Origin: Eledone cirrhosa
Lineage: Eukaryota
Length of the DNA stretch: 64,000 nt
Direction: 5' to 3'
NCBI GenBank assembly: GCA_964016885.1
Contig: OZ024742.1
Coordinates: 257,486,001-257,550,000, forward strand
Shown here: positions 57,390-64,000 of the stretch, one piece after another
How the letters are laid out: every line of letters begins with the position of its first letter
Position numbering within the stretch: the first letter of the stretch is position 1
Notes under the pieces: generated by a model
The model's database searches: none
Told to the model about the DNA's origin: nothing
The model's input: the letters and a program-made list of their open reading frames with translations, nothing else
Translations under genes and position numbers: made by a program

Positions 57390-58148
57390 ATTGTTATACT
57401 TGTGGAGGGCATATTTGTGTAATAATATTACCAGAATTAATAATAGAACACACTCACTGTATGGTTGGTTTTCGCTTCTGCATATTTTATATCAGTTAAT
57501 TTAATTTACTCGGTCCTCAATGTTACCATTGACTGACCAACGGTCAAAAATACAGATATAATATAGACACAAACACATATATATAGTCTAACAAAGTTAG
57601 AACTGCAACATCGTCAGTGGTGCTATTATGTTTCCTCCTGTTGTATTGTATGTCTACGCCATCTTTATTTAATCCGTTTATTTATTTATTTATTTTTGAC
57701 TTCTTCTCTGCGCATGCGTTTGCGTGTGTGTATAGTGTTTGAGGTGTGTTCGTGTTTGGGTGATTGTGTTTTGGTTATTGTATTCTTGTTGTTATACCAT
57801 TCAATTTTTCTGTTTAGCTTTGGCCTTCTAAGTTCTATTTCACCGAATTCTCTGATTTGCCAATCTGCTGGGTCATTTCTATGTTTAGATATTATTTTAA
57901 TTTCTATGCTGTCTATGTTACCCTCGTGTTGTTATCTGGCGTGTCCGTATAGTACTGAACCGTTTTCTAATCCTTTTAGTTCCCCCCAGTGTTGGTCTAT
58001 CCTTTCACCTAAGCTACAAGCTGTCTCGCCTATGTATGTTGTTGTCATGTTTCTGCAAGTACCCTCTGTACATGTTATGCTATAGACTACGTTTCTAGTT
58101 TTACAGCTTATCCGGGGGTTTGCTTTACATGTAATACATTTCCTATTA

Positions 58149-58150
<2 letters not shown>
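57390..58150 (-). mobile_element. 5'-truncated PLE (family of 37345-40682)
   Basis: KCITCKANPRISCKTRNVVYSITC..YIGETACSLGERIDQH plus pLTR; its HHR (~57590-57622) is internally deleted. Confidence 0.9.
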
Positions 58151-58198
<48 letters not shown>

Positions 58199-58402
58199 AT
58201 ATACATATATATATATATATATATATAAACAAACACACATACACACACAATTAATTAGCTGATTATAGAGATGGAAAATGTTACATGAGAGTTACCAACG
58301 AAAAACATATAACACCGTTATTCTGCAGCAATATGCAGCATACCTACGTGTTAAATTCTAAACTACTCATTTCTACATTGTTATTTATATATATATATAC
58401 AT

Positions 58403-58549
58403 TGGAAAATAATCAGGAACCCAACGGCTGAGCTCCAGGCGTTTCAACAGCTAGATCCGAAACGGCCGGAGCTCACCCGTCGGGGTCCTGATTTTTTTTC
58501 TATTACCCACTCTTCTACCCTAATTATCTTACCACACTTTCTTTCTTTT
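58403..58549. mobile_element. Short fold-back (family F relative)
   Basis: ATCAGGAACCCAACGGCTGAGCTCC..GGAGCTCACCCGTCGGGGTCCTGAT plus a TATTACCCACTC tail. Confidence 0.7.
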
Positions 58550-58612
58550 ATATATACATAAATATATGTGCAAGACTATATACATATATATATTTATATC
58601 TATATATATATA

Positions 58613-58700
<88 letters not shown>

Positions 58701-59043
58701 AAGAAAGAGTGGAATAATGAAAGGAACAGTGAAAAAGGGCTATAGGGGTATTTATTCATTTATCGTCTTTTAAATTATGAAAGTTAAAGTCTTACTCAGC
58801 GGGATTTGAAATTAATCACAGAGCAGATAAAGCTTCCTATCCGATGTGTTTAACTACATTACATCTTTTCCACCTACCAAGATATATTAATGTGTTACAA
58901 CGAAATGCATTCCTACAAAGACAATTCAAGAAAAATGAGATTCTGCTGATATAATGCAAAGAAATATATATAGTGAAGACGCTCCATGTAGTATAACTAA
59001 CTAAATTATCTTTATATATATATATATGGGTGTGTGTGTTTAC

Positions 59044-59078
<35 letters not shown>

Positions 59079-59085
59079 TGTGTGT

Positions 59086-59185
<100 letters not shown>

Positions 59186-59612
59186 ATATATATATTTATA
59201 TATCATATCATATCATATATATATATATATACCATAGCTTAAGAGAAGATTTATTTAACGAAGTACGTCGATTCAAGCGTGAACATATTCAGTACAATAC
59301 ATTATTGTACCACATTGCTTTCGATAATTAAGTGCAACTATAGACTGCAAGATAAACGTACGCACATCTATCGCAGTTTTTAAAAGGTAAATTTACAAAT
59401 AGTTTGTAGGCATATAGCTTATCTAAAAACTTTGACTAAGGACTATAAATATATATGTGTCTGTGTGTGTGGCTGTTTGTTTTTCTGTGTGTTAGGGTGT
59501 GTGAGGATGTGTGTATGGGTTTCTGACTCTACATCGTACGTTTGTATATGTGTATTTGTATATGTGTATTTGTGTATGTATATTTGTATATATAAATGTA
59601 TATATATATAAA

Positions 59613-59792
59613 TAATTGTTTCTACGTTTGGCACAAGGCCAGGAATCACCCGGTACATTACTGGTACTTTATTTTATCTACCACGTAAGGATGAAAGGCA
59701 AAGTTAACCTCGGCGGGATTTGAACTCAGAATGGCAAGGGCCGTAACTCTATGCGTCAAAGCATGGCGTCCGACTCTCTACCGATACTGCCA
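59613..59792 (-). mobile_element. SINE
   Basis: Same family as 7671-7856. Confidence 0.8.
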
Positions 59793-59796
59793 AATA

Positions 59797-59857
<61 letters not shown>

Positions 59858-60354
59858 AATACACATATACAAATGTACGACGTACGGGCAGACGCCCCCC
59901 CCTCACACACATGTATATATATATATTTGTGTGTGTGTGTGTGTGATATATCTACACGTTGCTTACAAACTAAAGTATGAAAGGGCTTACGGCATTTAAT
60001 AACTGACAATTGTTTCTACTCAGGTTATGCTACATATAGCAAATCATTTTATTTAACAATTTGCCATTAGTGAGTTTCGACCGAGGGGTTCATCCGAGTT
60101 TAATTAAGATACCGATATATGTCATTCAGGAAAAAGAATAGAACAATCTTTATATACATATATCAAGATAAATGTTTACAGTTAGAAATACAATTCACAG
60201 ATATTGTATTCAGAAAACAAATATAATGATGTCCTTAAAAACTTAAATTCTTTCGTTTATAAACAAAATTTAATTGTATAACAGCTTTGCTTGATCCTAT
60301 CATCGCATTGAGCTAAAACACACCTATTAATGAGTAAAATTTACATTCTCCCCT

Positions 60355-61392
60355 GTAGAGTTACACATGTGCTTTCAAAATAGTGTGAGATTCAAAACGC
60401 TGGCGCAGAACAAAATACTTGTTGAGAAAGTGATAACCTTGTTCGATCATTATACCAAAGGCTTATTTTTTTAAGCAGACAGTATTATTGATTTAGGTGT
60501 AGTAGAAACCCTGTACTGGATTATACCATCATTTCCAAGGTTCCGGGTAAATTTTTCTTACATATTTTGTTTGACCCGTTTAACTTGCTTCGATTTTTTG
60601 GGGGGAGCATAGGTGGTTGATAGCTTCTTAACCGCCGTCTCAGTCTGTATGGCCTTTATAAAATATGTTTATTGCTCTGGTCTCTTTTGGTCCATGGATC
60701 GCTTGCCACACAAATCGGAAATTGAGTTTTGCTTATTTCTACCCGCCTAAATACGATTCACGCTGAATTTATATTTGTTTTAATCTCCTGAGTCTAACAA
60801 TTAACCAGTTAATCTTTTAGATAATTCTATTGACTGATTAATAGCTTAAGTTTATATTAAAAACTACCCGGTTGAGAGCTTAATTCGATTTGTGTTGTTT
60901 TTGCAATGTTTGCATCGATTACACATACTGAATTCATTTGCCAAAAGTTTGGGTTTTCTCTTCTACAGAGTTACACATGTGCTTTCAAAACACTAAGAGA
61001 TTCAAAACGCTGGCGCAGAAAAAAACACCTGTTGAGAAAGTGATATCCTTCTTCGATCATTATACCAAAGGCTTATTTTGTTAAGCAGACAGTATTATTG
61101 ATTTAGGTGTCGCAGAATCCGTGTACTGGATTATACCATCATTTACAACGGTCACTGTAAATTTGTCTTTCATATTTTATTTGACCCGTTTAGCTTCCTT
61201 CGTTTTTTTTTTGTGTTTTGTTGGCTTAGGTGGTTGATAGCTTCTTAACCGCCGTCTCAGTCTGTATGGCCTTTATCACATATGTGTATTGGTCTGGTCT
61301 CTTTTGGTCCATGGAGCGCTTGCCACACAAATCGGAAATTGAGTTTTGCTTATTTCTACCCGCCGAAATAGGATTCTCGCTGAATTTATATT

Positions 61393-61395
<3 letters not shown>
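60355..61395 (-). repeat. ~610 bp-unit partial tandem repeat related to 2335-3135
   Basis: AGAGTTACACATGTGCTTTCAAAA at ~60357 and ~60967; the reverse complement of 60640-60945 aligns with 2755-3060. Confidence 0.75.
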
Positions 61396-61449
<54 letters not shown>

Positions 61450-61451
61450 TT

Positions 61452-61489
<38 letters not shown>

Positions 61490-61491
61490 GC

Positions 61492-61536
<45 letters not shown>

Positions 61537-61920
61537 TAGAGAGAGAGATAGATAGAGAGAGAGGAGGGGGAGATAGAGAGTGGGGTAGAGAGATATTGAT
61601 AGATAGATGGATAATTGAATATAAATATCCCTCATATGAAGAGAAATGTCTCAAGCCATAGTAACGTCCACATCACATGGCATAAATGTGGAGAAAAAGT
61701 GTAGGTTGGGAGGAGTTCTAAATCGCATAATCGTTTACTTCATGAGTTCCTAATTTAATACAATTAATAAAACAAAAACAATGTGTTACTTCTCAACATC
61801 TCTGAAAGTGAGGTATATTTATAAATTCAATGACTTAAAATTCAATTCAAGCTTCGAGAATTATGCCAAGAATTAAAATTTCTGATCTTCGTTTCGGTGC
61901 CAAATGCCAACTCTAGAGAC

Positions 61921-62028
61921 GTGATTCCGACTTGATCACACCTCATCGTGATTCCGACTTGATCAGACCTCATCGTGATTCCGACTTGATCACACCTCAT
62001 CGTGATTCCGAATTGATCAGACCTCATC
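61921..62028. repeat. 27-bp minisatellite x4 with a 54-bp higher-order period
   Basis: GTGATTCCGACTTGATCA(C/G)ACCTCATC, alternating C, G, C, G. Confidence 0.9.
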
Positions 62029-62266
62029 GGCATTCCAAATTCAAAATGTATCTACGATACCTTTTAGGCAATTTAACAGACACAATAAGTGCTTAGTATA
62101 TTCTAAAAATTTGCATTCTTAAATTAATGGACCGAAGATCGGATTGTGCATTAATTCAACTGTTAATTCAAACACAATTTCGTAAAGTAAACTTACTTTC
62201 CCATGCAGTATTTCTTACTGTTACCACTAGATGTTACAGGGAAAGTTATATATGTATGTATGTATG

Positions 62267-62318
<52 letters not shown>

Positions 62319-62531
62319 CGTGTGTGTGTATATATGTATGTATAAATAAATATATATATATATGTATGTATATATATGTATAAATATATATATATATATG
62401 TATATATATATATTTATAAATATATATATATATACATATATATATATTTATACATATGTATAAATATATATATATATTATACATATGTATATATATATAT
62501 ATATTATTCATATTATACATATGTATAAATA

Positions 62532-62565
<34 letters not shown>

Positions 62566-62630
62566 TAAATATATATATATATGTATATATATATGTATAA
62601 ATATCTCTCTCTCTCTATATATATATATAT

Positions 62631-63900
62631 ACGATATTAACAAATGGAAACTATATTTATAAAACCATATTTATTTCATTATACATATTTCAAGGACACC
62701 AAATTAAATTATGGTGTGCTTTCTTCAGATAAAATATAATATAGAGCAGGTATGTAATAAATTGATTGTTTATAACCAGATTCAGAGAATTATCCCCAGA
62801 GAATTATCCCCAGGTAATAATAACCCTAGGAATTCCCCTTCCAATCCACTAGAACCCCTAGAAGGAATAGACCTAGAAATATCACCTGGCTCAACCCCCC
62901 ATACTCATCTAATCTAGCCACTAATATCCCCAAACGCTTCTTCTCTATCCTACCCCTCCCCCGCCCCAACCATAGATATTACAAACTCTTTAATAAAAAT
63001 AACATTAAAATCTCATTCTCCACAACACCTAACCTAGCTAGCCACATCGCGTTCAGTAACCATCATAAGCTAAGACAGTATAACTCCCACACCGCGGTAC
63101 CACCACCCCTATCAAATACACTACGCCACTACACCAATAATTACTCTAGTAGCACACCTCCCCCATCTAATCCTTCTAGCACGGACCTACCGCTTAGGTT
63201 AAACAACCCTACTCTCACTAGCCGCAGAAGCAACTGCAACTGCCGTTACCCCAATGCATGCCCATTAAATGGACACTGCCTGACACCCAACATAGTCTGA
63301 AGGTGCACGGTTGAGACTGCTTCGAATATCAGCTCTTATATCGGGTCTACCTCTAACCCTTTTAAGGTACGCTATAATGCGCACTCTTTTTCCTTCCGAG
63401 ACCCTAGCAACAGATGTTCGACATCGCTAGCTACGCTCATTAAAAACCTTAAATTAAACAACGTTCAACACTCAATAAAATGGGATATCGTGGCTAGGGC
63501 CCAACCGTTCAATGGACGAAGAAAATATTGTGATCTCTGTGTTACGGAAGCATATTACATAACTCTATCACGACCTCTACCGATTAACGATAGAGCGGAG
63601 GTAACCATTAGCTGTCAACATCGAAGGGATAATTCCGTCGACAATAGAATTTTTGACCCAACTTAGTCATGTAGCCCCATTTTTACTTGTAGCTCATAAG
63701 TTAAATTGCTATGAACAACTAGATAATTATAAGCTACCTCCCCTACATTGTCACTCAATGAAAAAATTTAAAAATTAGCTGTTAACTATAAACATTCACA
63801 ATTTCTAATCTCTCGAGAAGTTACTTCCCCTGAAACCACCCTCTAATTAGTAAGATAAATAAGCCCTTTGGCAGCCATCTTGTTACCCATAGGCAGATCT
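62631..63900 (+). mobile_element. PLE (probably Naiad-type): inverted family E pLTR (HHR 62671-62738 -) plus linker and GIY-YIG remnant ending at ~63666
   Basis: HRYYKLFNKNNIKISFSTTPNL..CNCRYPNACPLNGHCLTPNIV*RCTV..YIGSTSNPFKVRYNAH..CDLC..CQHR. The HHR core is CTGAAGA here and CTGATGA at 33988. Confidence 0.88.
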
Positions 63901-64000
63901 CACACAATGCAGCCTCGACAGATGAATACTGCTTGATTATGGCTGACAACTGATGCAACCATGACACCATAGTAAAAACCAATATATGGAACATTATATT

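Noticed and set aside
61921-62028. CRISPR-like array
   Set aside because: Units are contiguous without unique spacers, and the context is eukaryotic.
63298-63300. In-frame TGA in the Naiad-like GIY-YIG as selenocysteine
   Set aside because: It aligns with the Tyr of NIVY in the 54052-54549 copy, not a Cys, and no SECIS was recognised; most likely decay.

Overview
AT-rich, microsatellite-saturated animal DNA. The tRNA-derived SINE family and the (TA)n/(CA)n load suggest a coleoid cephalopod (octopod); this is an inference. No host gene can be called with confidence, and most ORF-track entries are microsatellite artefacts. The window is dominated by Penelope-like retroelements (PLEs): one near-complete RT+GIY-YIG pseudogene (37.3-40.7 kb), several 3' fragments of at least two PLE lineages, and about 18 fold-back (inverted pLTR) insertions sitting in (TA)n tracts, including two palindromes of about 2.4-2.8 kb. 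Reading both strands by eye gives about 29 type I hammerhead ribozyme (HHR) motifs, intact or decayed, from about 12 sequence families. Many have palindromic stem III. Several carry a compensated U3-A8 core (UUGANAA), one family has a roughly 115-nt stem II, and one has a full stem III plus a possible pseudoknot. Also present: 7 SINE copies, CR1/L2-type and RTE-type LINE remnants, an internally deleted mariner, a non-autonomous Helitron, a Tigger-like end and minisatellites. All structures were folded by hand and boundaries are approximate.
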